In this document: piece by piece, positions 40,801-55,800 of the stretch
How the letters are laid out: every line of letters begins with the position of its first letter
How positions within the stretch are numbered: the stretch's first letter is position 1
Assembly: GCF_009834535.1 (NCBI RefSeq)
Contig: NC_045697.1
Location: forward strand, 102,798,001-102,862,000
Direction of reading: 5' to 3'
Origin: Camelus ferus
Lineage: Eukaryota
DNA: 64,000 nucleotides
Position numbers and translations under genes: made by a program
The notes under the pieces: model-generated
The model's database searches: none
Told to the model about the DNA's origin: nothing
What the model saw: the letters and a program-made list of their open reading frames with translations, nothing else

Positions 40801-43800
40801 CGTGAGGCAACTCCATGCAGAAACAAGTTCCGAACTGTTTCTTGGTATGGCACTATAAAGATATTTTAGGACTGAAATTCATTCTTACTTGTAACTGTCA
40901 TCCTCTGAATCTGATATTTCACTGTTGTTTTCATCAGCTACTTCAGAGGTGTCTAGTCCCATCAAGATTTTACTCACATCAGTTTTAAATACCTTCTCAT
41001 ACAACAATTCATAAAGGAGAGCTGCAAGTAACAAAAGAGAGACGTTACACAACATTAACTAATTTTATGTTCTAACGTAAAATTGAGATTGCTCAAGCTT
41101 CTACAGTCCTAACTAGACACCTGCAACATCCTATGGTCAATAACACAATTTAATCAAAAAACTACCTAGATAGAGAGCATCTACAATGTCTGTCTTTGCA
41201 GTGAATTACTTCCAAATCACTTACATAAGATACTGACATTTTTTAAGCTATAACACAAAAAAGGTATCACAACTGTGAAACAAGTATAATGCAATTAAAT
41301 GTGCACACTGAGCAATGACTACATTTCATACACTGTGCCTAGCCTTTACACACCTTCATATTCAGTCCCAGCACAGTGAAGTGTTCTAACTGTACACATG
41401 AAAAAACTAAGGCGGGGGGAGGAGTAGCTGAGGGGTAGAATGTGGTCCTTAGCAGGCAGGAGGTCCGAGTTCAATCCCCCAGTCCCGCCTTAAAATAAAT
41501 AAATTAAAGACCTAATCACCTCTCCCCACCCAAAAAAAAGAAGAAAAAAAAAAAAAAAAAAGAACTACAGACGTCACACAACCTGCCCAACCTTAAGAGG
41601 CTTGGATGGAAAACTTAAGGGCATGAAGAGTGTGAGAAAGAAGAGAACTTTTCATAAAGGACTAAAAAGAAACTGTTATAAAATGTGCTCTTATCACCCC
41701 CCACTGAAGCATATTTAGCCAACCTCTTTGCTTTAAAAAAGGGGAAAAAACCTCCAGAAAACACAGAAATATGTATTACCAAATATTCAAAAACACACTC
41801 CACCTGGAGTTTAGGACTCTCATTTAGTTTAAATTACAATGACCTTTACGAAAACAAGAATACTAAGAATTCACCCACCATGGTCCCCCAAGACACCCTC
41901 GTCTCACAGACCACCTTGCATCTACCCTGATATCATCCAAGCCGCAGGCACTGAGACGTGCAGGAGAGGTAGGCACCATGAGCTGTCCCTTCCAAAGCTG
42001 AAGTGTCCAGATTTTGAATAACTGAGAGAGGAGGACAGAGCCCCAGATTCAGACTGCTAGACTTTCCTATCCCAAAACAGATCAATCAGTTTAAAAATCT
42101 GCATTACACACAACTTCGCTGGTCACCCTAGCTGGAGAACAGAGGAAAAAGCTGTCACACGCCCAGCACCGCTGCTTTGCACGAGTGATGTGCACTTTAT
42201 TGGAACAGATGATAAAGGAGCTGAAGTAAGAAGGTAGGAAGGACCTACCAGAGCAGTGATTCTCAACTGAGGATGAAAGGGGGATTTTACCCTCCCAGGA
42301 AATATTTGGCAAAATCTGGAGACATTTCTGGCCGTCACATGGGGGAGACAGTTACTGGCACCCACACAGCTGATACTACTAAACATCCTGCAATGCACAG
42401 AACCCCCCTCCCCAAAACAAGTAATTATCTGGCCCCAATGTCAACAGTGCCAAGGTTAAGAAACCCTGGTCTGGAGCCAAATATAACCAAATGCTTGATT
42501 TCCTCATTTAGATTTTTACATTATATGCTAACAGCTTTAAAAACACATATAAATCCTTATTACTAAAATTAATCACTGCAGAAAAAAAATAATATTGCAT
42601 TTACAAGCCAAACTCTAAGCAACTAGCAGCTCCTTTTCTGCCTATTGAAACAAGTTTTTATTACAGTATTAACATTTCTGGTTAACCTAAGGTTCTCAGA
42701 AATATATTTTTATACAACAGAACAGTGTATTTGCCCTGACTTGTCTGCGTTAAGACTATGTATTGCTTAGGGATAAAATGTCCTATACAAACAACAAGGG
42801 TAATACTTACACTGACACATGGCAGAGCTCTCTTTATACTTTATGGGATAGACAATATCATAATGATTTCCATTTGAAAAACACAGTAATACCTGAAAGG
42901 GAAAAATAAAAAACGCTTCTGAGCCCTTCACGTATGACATTTACGTAGAACTTCTATCTCCAGTATCTCTGAATTACTAGTAAATAATTTCCAAGTAGAA
43001 AGAGAGTATTTCAGAAGCTCCCATGTGGTACATCTATACGCTGAAATGTCACACAGCCATTACATCAAAAAGTTCTTAATGACTTGGGGAAATGCTTACG
43101 GGATCACAAATCACATACAATTTATGATAACAACATGATTTCAACTATTTAAAGACCAAGAGGTTAAAAGCCTGTAAGAAATCATTCCAAAACCTTATTA
43201 ATGCTTACCTCGCTAAGAGGCAGAATCAAAAGTAAATTTTTTCTGCTTTACAGTTTTAAGTACCTTCTAAACAGTCAACTACTTATGCAAAGAGAAATGC
43301 ACACTGATTTTGCTTAGATTATGTCATATTCCAAGAATTATACTGGAAAGGCCAGATCCAGAGCCAAGCACCTTGGAAACCCCCAAGTCCTTATAAAGGT
43401 ATATTTCACTCAGTTCCCCTCCCCTCACCACCATTAGCATGGTGACAAGACACTTCAGCTTGGTCGGGATGATTCCAGCACAGCTCATTTAAATAAAGTT
43501 CTCTAACAGTGAATCAGGTTTCATTTTATTTGTCCCTTTCTAGACTTTCTGCTTTGTGACTCGGATTATCTTTATTATGGGAAACAGATCGCAACTACCG
43601 ATCTATTAATTTCTGGGTACAATGACAGAACCTATTTTCACAAGTAATCTTACTATTTAATGTTTATACTGATCTAAGACAGTAACAGTCTAGTTAATCA
43701 TGTACTACTACCTCAATTTTTTTCCTCTAGTAAAATGTTATGAGTTCAACAGTGACTTGTGGGGAAAATCAAATTCAAAATAATATAACTCAATGATGAT

Positions 43801-46800
43801 TATCAGGAACTTAAAAAAACTCAAAAAGTAACTTTAAAAAATTCAAAGTCAAGTAAAAATTATAGCTCAGGCAGTCAAGGTAGCAACTGAGTGGTTCTTT
43901 TACTTAAATCTTTAAGAAACGCTTAGAAAAATTCTTACCTTTTCAGGAAAATTATTTTCAGTTACTTGTGAAGGAGAAACATTTGGTTCCCGATAAATTA
44001 TAAAATCTTTCCTGAAAATAACATTTAGAAATTACTTCTGATGAAATGTGTTTCATGAATTGAGATTTCATGATTTCATTCTTTCACTCAAGAGCCTAGT
44101 GCACAACAAGCAATGTTCTAGGCCCTGGAAACAGAGCAGTAAACAAAAGACTGTGATGGAGTAACTAGGTTCTAACATACCTGCATAAACATATCCATTT
44201 AAAAAAAAATACTTTAAATATAATTTGCATATCTGTAACTGCAGCTGTAACTCTAAAAGTAGACCTCAAAATCACAGAAATTGTTAAGATAAAATCTATA
44301 AAGACATTTTGAAAAGAAAAAAATAAAGCATTCACCTGCTCCTCTACTGGGCAAAAGCAATGAAATTGGCACTCCGGTGTTTTGCCTCTGTCCTAGTGGC
44401 CACTCACTGCTACCAGCCCTGAGAAAGTGGGGAAGCGTTTCTCTGGGAGGCCGATAACTGATACAGTTCATAGGCTTGGAAAACTTTTGGAATATTCCAT
44501 TCCAAAAATATTTTGAGAATTAAAATTCCTAAACACTGACATGTCTAAATGTCAAACTGATGCAATTAAAAAAACAAATCATCAAAAAAGATTCTCAAAA
44601 TCAACAAAAACTGCTTTGCTACTTTAACAGTTTTAGTATAATGGAATCTGTTAATTTCCCACTGACTTCATTTTTGTTTGCCTATGTTATTACAGTGTTT
44701 ACCTGTACATAAGAGAAAGGGCACTTATTTCCACTTGTCCAACCCATTCCTGTATTGAAGAAAAGAAGTTGGCACATAAGTCTCCTACTTTTTACAAAAC
44801 CTTAATACATATCTTTATACAATATACCTAATGAACTAGAAAAGCTCATTAATATTATTAGTATTATGAATATTATAAAAGCATGTCTGTAAAACAGACA
44901 ATAATATGTACTAAAAGGCAGCCCAACTACGGGGACGCCGTAAGAGTTTCTGCTCGCGTGGCAAGATGACGGAGTGGAACTTTTAAGCTGAGAACTTGCT
45001 GAAGGCAAGGGCTCTGTCTTCCAACCTAGCCGGACAGAGCCTGGCACATGGTACGTGCCCAGAAAATGGGATGATGAGCAGGAGCAGAACTCAGGAATCA
45101 GAAAGGATGGAAAAGGGCAGAAGGTCTCTTATCTTCAGCATGACTGAGCACAAAGAAAGCAGCGTCCCAGCAGTCACGGTACCGTGCGGTAGAAGTTCTA
45201 GTACTAAAGGAGCCATTTTAAGTCCTTCAACTTTTTAGAAGAAAATAGCCAGTATATATCAAAATTTTAAATCCCCATATACTCTTTGATCCAGCAATTC
45301 AACTTCTATTAAGTCTACCCTAAAGAAATTTTTCATATGTTCACAAGTGTACATAAACAAGAATGTTCACTGTAGCTATTTTTAATAGTTTAAAAAAAAT
45401 TTTTTAAAGAAAGCCCCAAGATTCCACCAATAGACAAGAAGTTATTAATTTATGGTTCATCCAAATTATGTACAGAAACACCACGCAATCATCAAAAAGA
45501 AGGTACACTCATGTGAACTGACTGGGAAGGATCACCCCAACTACTAAGGGAAAAAGACAGTCATAGTAAAATAACCCTGTTGTGCAAAACAAACAGGAAG
45601 GCACGTCCGATAGGTGTGCATACATGTGACAGGAGGCCTGCGAGGACATGTCCTGAACTGACAGCAGAGAGACAGGGACTACAAGATGAGGGAAAACGAA
45701 GGATTTTCACTCCTCATTCTGTGTTAAATTTTTTACCATGAGATCTACTCCTATACTACCCATGAAATCAGTAAAGACTTACTACCAAGAGTTGCTAAAC
45801 ATAACGAGCTATGATAAATGAATGCTGCCTCTTTCTCCCTGGAAGAAAAGAACTTTGAGACAAGGAAAAGGTTTTAGATAATGCTGTGATCTCTCAGAAA
45901 ACAATCATCTTTCCTCCACAGACTTTGCATTTTAATAGTTCTTAAAAGTTGGCTCTGGTTTTCAAAATGAAATGGGTGCCATATATTAAAATAGATTTCT
46001 TAAAATAGGCCTCTGCCTAACAATCACGGCTTCTCATAAGCTGCTAAAAGTGACACCCTCTGGTATAGAGGAAATCCTCCCCTGAAATCAGTCTGCTTAG
46101 CTCGCGAACACAAGCTACATCCACTTTACAGAATGCATTACATCACTTGAAAAATGGAAAATTATTCTACAAGTGTCAACAAAATATTACCTCTCAAATA
46201 ATGGACCTTTCTACAAGTATTTAAATCTTCAGAATAAACTCTGTTGTAGCCTGGTTAAGTGCAAAAGGGCCATTATAGTATCTTCTTGTCTTCTCTAACC
46301 AGGGTCAAAAATTTATAATTTTAAATTATTAAAAAAAAAACTATGTTCTACCATTGCCTTCCACCTTTAAGGCTGTAATTACTCAGCACTCTGTGTATGT
46401 TTGATCTACTTCCTTATTTTGGGTGAAAGAACAGCATTTCTGCAAAACCTGTTTTAACTAAAGAACTATACTACATCAAAAATGCTAATTTAAATGTTCT
46501 TAAACACTCATCAAAAGCAAAATGTGGTCCTCAAAAGACACTATTAAGAATATAAAAAGATACAAATTGGAACAAAATACTGGAAAACATATATATAATA
46601 CAAAGTAAACTTGTAATTCAATAAAACAAACGTAACAAAAAAAAGGACAAAATCTCTGAATACACATTTCACCAACAAAGATATACGGATGGCAAATAAG
46701 CATATAACAAGATGCTGAACATTACTAGAGAAATAAGTTAAAAATCACAATGATATCCCACTACACAATCACTAACACAGCTACAACTTAAAAGGCTGAC

Positions 46801-49800
46801 AATCCTGAGTGTTGATGAAGAAGTTGAGCAATTGGAATCCTCTTACGTTGCCGATGAGAATGCAAAATGGCACAGCCACTTTGGAAAACAGATTGGCAAT
46901 TTCTCATTAAGTTAACATACATTTACCTTATGACCCAGCAATGCCACCTCTAGGTATTAATTCAAGCAAAAAGAAAACCTAAGTCCGCACAAAGACTTGC
47001 AAGCAAACGTTCTCAGCAGCTTTAGTCATAACTAGCCCCAAAATGGAAAGAATTTAAATATCCATCAGCTGGTAAATGGATAAACAAAATGTAGTCCATC
47101 CATACAACAAATCACTACTCAGTAATAAAAAGGAACAAACAACAAAATCACACAACAACATGGACGAATCTCAAAGTGTTTCCATTATGTTAAGTGAAAG
47201 AAGCAGATCATATCATCATTCCATTTGGGAGTCTAGAAAAGGCAAAAAAATAGCACATTAGTGGATGTGCAGGAGAGCCAGGGGTGTGGGGTGAAGCGCA
47301 AAAGGGCGTAAGAAACTCTTTGAGTGATAGAAATGTCCTATATGATGTTTGCGGTGCTGGTTACACAATTGTATCCATCTGTCAAATTTCATCAAATTAT
47401 AAACTTAAAATTTTATTGTATATCAATTCTACCTCCATAAAGCTGACAAAAATATATTCTTGCAAAAAGTTTGAGGCATTTTTCAAAATGCTCCACTGGT
47501 ATTTTTAAGTAAAAGGGTAAGGGGCTTTCTCTGAACTGGATGAAGCAATGGAGTTTATCAACTGTATTTCCCTTTTCATTTCATACATTCCATATATCAG
47601 GTAGAAAGAAACAAATGAAGACAAAAACATCTGTTGCTAATAACAAGGAACAAACGACTTTTCAGAAGGTTCCTAAAACATCTGGAGAAGGGTTGTGATC
47701 ACACTGGGAAGGAGAGTGTCCAAAGAATAAGAAAATCCAGCTAGCCAGCACACTGGGAAGGAGACACCTGTCCCATGTGCTCAAAAACGGAAGCAACTTT
47801 CCCTGCCTCCTCTCCTGCAGACCCCCAAGTCAATCTCAGCTCAGGCCACAGCACCTCGTTTCCTCCTTCTGACCCCTCCCCTCTCCACTCCCACGATGTC
47901 TCTTCTATCCTTTCTCAGACCCTCACAGGCCAACAGCTTCAACTGCTGTGCAGAGATCACTATACAATAATATCCCGGGGTTTTTTTCTGATTAAAAATT
48001 AATAAATAGCCTTTGTCATTTCCTTCATCTTCTATAAAGGAAATAAAAATCACCAGTTATACTACTACCAAGAGGCAACATGCTGGCGTTTATCCTGTAA
48101 CAGACAATGCGACACGGATTTAACATTCATTCAGCTCGCACCAACGGATCATCGATGAGGCACTCCAAATGGACAGGCAATGATGGGAAGTCCAAAAGCA
48201 GTAAAATATATAATCCTTGCCATCAAAGAGGCTTATAAATGAAGAGAAAAAAGCAAAAACTTCAGGAAAATGAATTTATGATCATTTTTTGAGGGCAAAA
48301 CTCAGTTTTAAATTTTTTAAAATGTTGTCAGGAGTGGATTTAGAGAAAAGGCCTTCAGAGAGTATTTGTCTCCAAAACTGGAGTAATACTATACTTGTTC
48401 CTTTTTTTACACTTAATATAGTGTGCCCACTTTCCCATGTATTACACAATTTTTTTTAATGCCATTGAAATCGGTCTTTCTGCCTCTGGTCTCATCTACA
48501 TCCAAACTATCTTTACACAAGTGTTGCATCCATCTATTCAGTCAGTCAACAAAGATGCCGGGCACTCTTCCCCATTCACAGCAGTGAAGAAAACATACTT
48601 ACTTCCTTCCTGTCTCCAAAAACTTGAAGACTTCCCAATGCCAGATTCCCAGGCCCCAGGCACGGAGACTTTGGGTCTGGAACAGGGGCCAGGGACCTGC
48701 ATTTCCCCTGATGCACACGGCCTGGAGGTCGCTCTGAGAGATGCTGGCCTGAAGCACAAGCTCCAAGCTGCTGAGCCGGGCCTGCAGCTCCCGGGCCTGG
48801 AGCGCCCCCATGGCTGGCCACAGCCGGCCCTCACACTCCTCCCCACCTCCCACCTGCCTGGGCTGCAGGCTGCTCACAGCTCCAAGTGCTTTCTGAGTCT
48901 GCCCTGTTCACAGTGTTCACTACCTGGCAACGCCCTCCACCATGGGCATTTCCTACCCAGAATCTATTCAGAATTCGAATGCCCACTCACTCTCCAACTC
49001 CTGCTTTGCCTACCGAGCGGGAAGTAAAACTGAAATGCCTACAGCACCACGTCCACACTTCCGGTACACAGGCACTTTCTCCCCTGTAGTAGGTATTCTT
49101 CTCTACTGTAAGGGAACTCCTGCGAACAACATCCAAATCCCAGGCACCTCTGCATCCCGCGTGCCTGGCAATCTGGCCCACAACAAGCACCCAAACAGGA
49201 GTTAGAGAGTCAAACGGAGACACCAAACGTTGACTAAACGCCCTATTCCTATGTTATTATTCCCTCTTCCCTGACTCCTCCCCTCAGCTTCTTCCTTTGC
49301 TAGCGTCCTCTTAAACTGAACAGTGATGACCTCTGGGGATGATGGAACAGTCTACCTGGCATTCTGCAGGGCATTTCATTACATCTGGATTTTTACAGTA
49401 AGAATAGTTTTGTAAACAGGAAAAAAAAATTCTTCCCACTTGAAAATGACTGAGTGCGCTGGCAGCGGGACTGGGGCGAAGTGCTGTCCCTTCCTCCTCC
49501 TCACGCTGACCACAGGGCACGCAGCCTCCATGAGGAACCTGTCTTCTTAGCTGCCTAAGGAAGCATCAAGTATCGCGCCCCGTACACACACCCACACAGC
49601 ACCCTGAAACCACCGGCAGTGTTATTTTTGGTCTTTTATGCTACAATCACACGCTGTCATGACAGGTAAAGACAGCACGACTCTCTCCTTTGGGAGGCAA
49701 CATTCAGTGCACAGTACACAGCTCTGTCTTCTAATTAAATGCCGGATAAAATGTGCACCTAACAGAAAATGTTTATAAGGAATCCCCTCCATACCCTGTA

Positions 49801-52800
49801 ATATTAAGTGCATGTTATAATGAACTTTGAATATATTATTTAAATATATAAAAAATAAATACACTAGAAGATGACTGCATACCTGTGGATTTTCCAAACG
49901 TTTTAAATACTCTTCAAATGACCCTTCTATAAACTGCAAAAAAAGAAAAAGTCTATTAAGAATACATAAAAGCAACAGTCAACCTCTTCACTGTGAATTA
50001 CTGAGTTTTTTTACACAAACCTTGGATACACCAGTAATAGTTAATTATACATACACAAAATCTAATTATGCAAATATATACAAATCATCATAAAACATAC
50101 AAAAGAATTTAAAGAAGGAAACACCGTCAGAAAGCATTTCCTGGACAGGATGTGGAGGCACACAGGGACAGCACAGCAGGAGGGGCAGGGAGAGCACTGT
50201 GCTGGGAGCACAGGAGCCGCCCGGCGAGCAGGAACAGGGCAAGCAGGTGGGGAGAGCACAATGAGGGAGGGACTCAACTGGGCACCTGTTTACGGAGGGC
50301 CTGGAGCCCAGGACTTTGATTGAGGGAGAAGGCAATTCAAGGTCACTTCAGGTGACACCATAAACAAATTACATGATAAAAGCAGTACTTAACTATGGTC
50401 ACGGCCAATGCATAGGAGAGAATTAAACAAAGACAGGAATATTAGTTTACTAATAGATATAAATATTCACAGTCTCTCAGGTCAGTTACCCTAAAAACAA
50501 GGTTGAGAAGTAATAACACTAAAGATACTCTGAAGAATCAATGAGAGTTTTCCAATAGTGTGCTTCACTGTTACTTTAACGTAAAGATAAAAGTGAGTTT
50601 CTTCAAACTATGTAATAATGTTTTTTGCTTTTCTCCTAGCAGTTGCACTAATTTAATTGAGAAAGACATTTGTCTGAAGCACCAAATTCAACTTTATTTA
50701 AATTACAGTCCCAGTTAATTTAGCAAAGTGATACACTTAAAAACATTACAGTACACTCGCTGGTCTATAAAAATCTTTTAAATGCCCATGGATTTTTTTT
50801 TTTAAGACTGAGATATAATTCTTCTATATATCATATACTGTCAAATTTCCAAAAAGTATCCTAAGTTTCAACACATATTTATAAAAAAGTAGTCACACAT
50901 TTTAAATATCCCACCAATCAGAGACTGTTCTATATCTAGTGATTGTTTGTAGACTTAAAGAAACAAAAACCCACAGAACCCATTTAAAGCTGGAAGAGAC
51001 ACAAGCCCGTATCCAATCTGAGACTGTCCTTTCTAATCAGAAAGTACCTACCTTAAGCCCTGACTAAGCACTGTCAGTAAGTAACCAGGCGCACCTCCTC
51101 TTCCTAGGAGGCCTTTCCCAATACCGGCCAACAGAAACTGTCAGAGGAATTCATTGTATGGAAAAGTGAAACCTTCCCCTTCGGAACTTTCAGCCTCCAA
51201 TCATACCTCCCAAGATTGTAAAGGCCAAATAACACACACAAAGAACTTCACACAACGCCTGCGGGCACACAATCAGTGCTCAACCAGTATCAGCAATTTC
51301 CATTATTGCCAACAGAGTTTAACCTTTTGGCCAAAAATAACTCATTCACTTGTAATTTCTTCAAATACTTAAAAACCACTCTACTTCCCTGCTGTCTTCA
51401 CCATCATACCATAACACTCTCTCATCTAGCCTTCACATTACCAGTTTTTTGTTGTTTTTTTTTTTTTAAGAAGAAAAGTTTTCAAATCTGATCAAGCAGG
51501 TAACTCTCCTTCCTGGAATGTATTACTGTGCATCTGATAACACGGCACCCAGAAAAATGTCACCAGTAGTAATATTTCGCTTAAATATAGGAACTCAAAC
51601 CCAAGCGCGCATCTAAACTAAGAACTGTTTACCTACTAAGTCTTAGAATTGAGTTACATGCAAAGCATCTATGTTCCTTTGGCAGTCAACAGGGGAAAAT
51701 TCCACTGAAAGTTGTCAGATGATGTAGGTCATAAAACCAATAATTAGTAAATCTTATAAGGTTTTCGATGTAAAATGAAAATAGGTCACTGTGGCATCTT
51801 ATTTCATAGCCTACTACGTACTACTGAGGAAATTACAGCAAGTTGCTATTCCGTTAACTACTAATTAACTGCTACATTCTATTAACTACTAATCGTTAAA
51901 ATTACAGTGTTCTGATATGCGATTCCCAATGATGAACCCTGAAAATTAAAAATCTATTAATCTGATAAAAATCAAAGGCTCAGCATTAGCTATGCTCAGC
52001 ATGTTTTATATTCCAAGTCTGCAATTTTTAAAATTCATAGGCGGTCACCAATCACAGAATGCTGTTAACCACACACCCAATTCCCTGATCATGTCAGACA
52101 AAGCTCACTCTAAATACATACAGATCCTCCCCGAGTCATCCTTCCATCCTCCACTGCTCAGGGTCTGATCTGTTACAGAAGCTTTCTAAATGTCTGAATA
52201 AACAAACACCATAAAATGGCCTTTAAAAAAATCACAACTGAAAATAACTGGATTTGAATTCAGTAAAGCAGTTCTTTTTTATAAAGGTTGTCTTCATCAG
52301 CTACATTAAGATCCAACCTGTGAAATTCCCACTAGACCACTTCTAAAAAGTGAAACGTAAATTTAAGGCAAGACACCATTACATGTCTAAAATTACAAAT
52401 TACCTCTTCAAATTTCTCTCGGTTCTCTCGGAGATAATGGATACAGGCCATCCGGACTTCAACGTGGCGAGACTGAGAGTGCAGCACCTGCAGAGGAAGA
52501 GGCACACACCACTGAGCACCTGAGATTCAAGTCCTGCCGGCAGGCCTCCTCTCACCCAGCGCGACCTCAGGACCAACAGGCACCAGCCTCCACCTCCCCT
52601 ACTCTGAGTTCTAGCTCGTGACTCATTCCCACCTCTTCCCCAAACACATACGCATACAACAGGAGCACTTCATAAGCCAGGTGTCATCCTACCAAGAGCT
52701 CAATACCACTTCCCTTTAGGTCACTGAAATCACTCCTTTGAGGAAATCTTTGTAAACTTAAGACACTCCTCTCTCGGCCAGCTCTCTACTATAACTGCTC

Positions 52801-55800
52801 TTCACGAAGCAGGGCTAACAGAATTCCTGCTACTCGGGGCTTAGCTTCATCCTATGCTTGTTGGTAAGGAGAACAAATAGGCAACTTCAACAAAAATCCC
52901 CGTTTTAAGAAGCTTTAAGTCCATAAGAGATAAATTTCTTTTTCCCAGTAGTCTTGAATGAGTTGCCTCATATATAAATTCAAGTCCATTGTGGTTTCAG
53001 AGAAACTAAGGCACTCATTCCTAAATCCTTAGCTGTCAGGCTTACATGATTCTTGGAAGAACACGCAGCGAGTAGCACACAGGATGCAAATGTGCCCCTG
53101 TGTGCTGTCGTCCAGCAGCCTTGAAATTTGCTCTTAAGCCCCAAATCTTACAGCACCACCTGAAAGAAGTAAGCCACACTACAAAGATGATCCAAATCCT
53201 CTCACTATGTAGCCTCTGTATTCTTCTGTTAAACAACCAGTTCAACGAAAGGATAACCTACTAGTATTTTGTCTTACTAAAATTCTAAGGCTTTGGTTTA
53301 AAACCAACTAATATCATCAAATGGTTAGGAACCTCTTGGCTAGTCTCCAATACTACCATACGTTTAACTACCATACTCAAAATTTTTTCCTATTACTAAG
53401 TGTCTCAAACGAAGGTGCTCCTGGTACCCTACAAGGTTAAGGTACGGGCAAAAAAAAAAAAAAAAAAAAACACTGACACTTAAAATAACCATTATCTCAA
53501 ACTACTATCAAGGCCTCTTGAGAATCTACTACAAAGAAGCTTTAAGAGCTGCAGCTCCAATTCAGTGATTCTCCCTTATGTTCAGGATGAGCAGAGAATT
53601 CAAGACAAGGGAAGCTCCAGCTAGCTGCACATTTTACAGGGCTTTGTGGATAGCAGCCAAAGCTCATTTATACCCACAAAACCAGAGGCAGAACTGTCTG
53701 GACGGCTAGTACGTCCCTTTACGTTGAGATACACTGAAGATGCACTAGCTGAGGTTAGCAATGAGTCACTTTCCAGTACACCAGCTGGAATTCAGCTTAA
53801 AGAACATAAACATTGCGTCTTAGGAACTACTAAAAAGCATCCTTACCTATTCTAAGCTTCCAGCACTGGAAGGACTACATATGTAAAAATAGCCATCATA
53901 CATTTTTTTTTTTTTGCCAATTCAACAAACGACATTCAGCAACACTCCTTTCACAGAAGCTTTGTTAGACACGACTGTGAATCAAGGTATTAGTCTGAGT
54001 AAACCACAGTGTCATCTGATAGGGCCTTCCTGCCATTAGTAAAGAGAAGCTAGTCTTAAAGCCATTTACCTAGCAACAGGTGGCAGACATAAGTGAGTAA
54101 AGCTTATTTTCCATCAAAAACAATGGCAGGCATATCTCTTGCTTTCTCTCCTCTTTTAACAAAGATTTTATTAGCACATGAAATCTGAACCTGTTACTCA
54201 GAAGCAAAACTCTCAGCAATCTGCATCAAGCGTGGGGTGCCGGGGCTTTACTGTAAGCCAAGCACTGTTAAGAGAAGCAAAGTTAAATGACAACTGTTTA
54301 AAAAGCATAATGTTGTGCAGGTTCAGGGACATTCAGGAAGAATTCAAATGGCATGACAAATATCTTTGCAAATTACTGTATACGTGAAGATAAGCTAGAA
54401 ATAGGAGGCTCTCCAGTCTTAGGACAGACAGTGATAAACACTGAGAAAGGCTGAGACACTGCTTTAGCAAGTCCTCTCAGAGCGCCCTATTTTTAGCTCC
54501 ATGGCCACAGAGCTGATTCAGGTCAGGCCTCCTGCAGGCCCAAGTCCAGAAGTGTAAAAAGGGAAGGGCCTATCTAAATCGGGTAATTTGGAGGGAGACA
54601 CTTCTCCTAATTCAAGACTCTCCCCTCAAAGACTGCCATTTAGATTACTTACCCTGACTCCTTGTTAGAAGTGATAAATTACTTAGATATAATTGGAGAA
54701 ATCGTACACCAAAAAAGTCAATCCTCTGTACGTATTTTTAAAGGGCAGCCTGAGGCTGCTGTTACTCCCCTCCCCTTGCCCCCTCCCCCAACACACACAC
54801 TGCCTTTGGCCATGAAGGCTACATCTTTAGTCCATGTCTCCTGAAGAACTGAGCTTCCCCCAAAATTCATGGTATTAAGCTTTCTAAAAGCTCAGTATAC
54901 CCTAAGTCGAGTCACGTATTTGGAAGGGACAGTCCCTTATGCCTGACTTAAATCCCATCACAATAATATACAATAAAATGTGTTAGCTGATGTTAGCGAT
55001 GAGTTTAGTGTAATCAGCCAGCTTGTGTTCCTTTCTACTTAAAAATAGAGAGATTCTGTATAATCAAATTTGCCAATTATCTATGGCATGTAGTACTGAA
55101 ACCAGACACACCTTTCTGCTTCAGCACAAACTAGGATGTGGATGATCCAACTCCAAATATGCACCATAGTTGCCTTATTTCTCTTGGTTTCCACCTGCTT
55201 CCCTACCAGACTCTTCCTAGAGCTAACTATGTGTAAATAGAGGCTGAACTCACTTCTACCTCTTCCCTCTGCTTCTGGAGGTGCCGAGAGGTCCAGGGAT
55301 GTGGAAAACAGAGATGTGGAAAACTCCATAATGGGACTATTACTAATAGTAAAGACAAGTGCTCTGTGTATGTGTGGACATACCCCACAGCAACGTTAGA
55401 ACAACCTAAATTTCTAAAAAGAGAAAACTAATGAACTGAAAGACACAGTTAGATCTGAGGAGCATTGCGAAGAATGTCTGAATGACAATGCCTGCAATAA
55501 AATGCAAAGGTGTGGACCAGTTAAATCAATTTCTTGTTTTTTCTTTAAAAAAAAGAAAAAGAAAAGCATCTTATGCTCTGGATGTGAAAACGAGGGCCTT
55601 TAAAAAACAAATAGCTGGCCTTTTTGTGCTGAAAACAATGCGAATAGAATAATCTATAGATGTTAGTTAAACATTCACTCACAAATAGGAATTTTGCAAG
55701 CTACTTAGCATTCAAAAAAGGTGACAGAAAGACAAACAGAAAAACTCCAAGGAGGCGAGGAAGGAGGGGCGGATCTTAGGCCAAAGGAAAGCAACCTGCG

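Noticed and set aside
41414..41490. Possible tRNA gene
   Set aside because: The A/B boxes belong to a SINE with a poly(A) tail and no cloverleaf is evident.
48437..49027. 196-aa ORF on + inside an OTUD4 intron
   Set aside because: No recognisable domain or splice structure; GC-richer, probably degraded repeat sequence.
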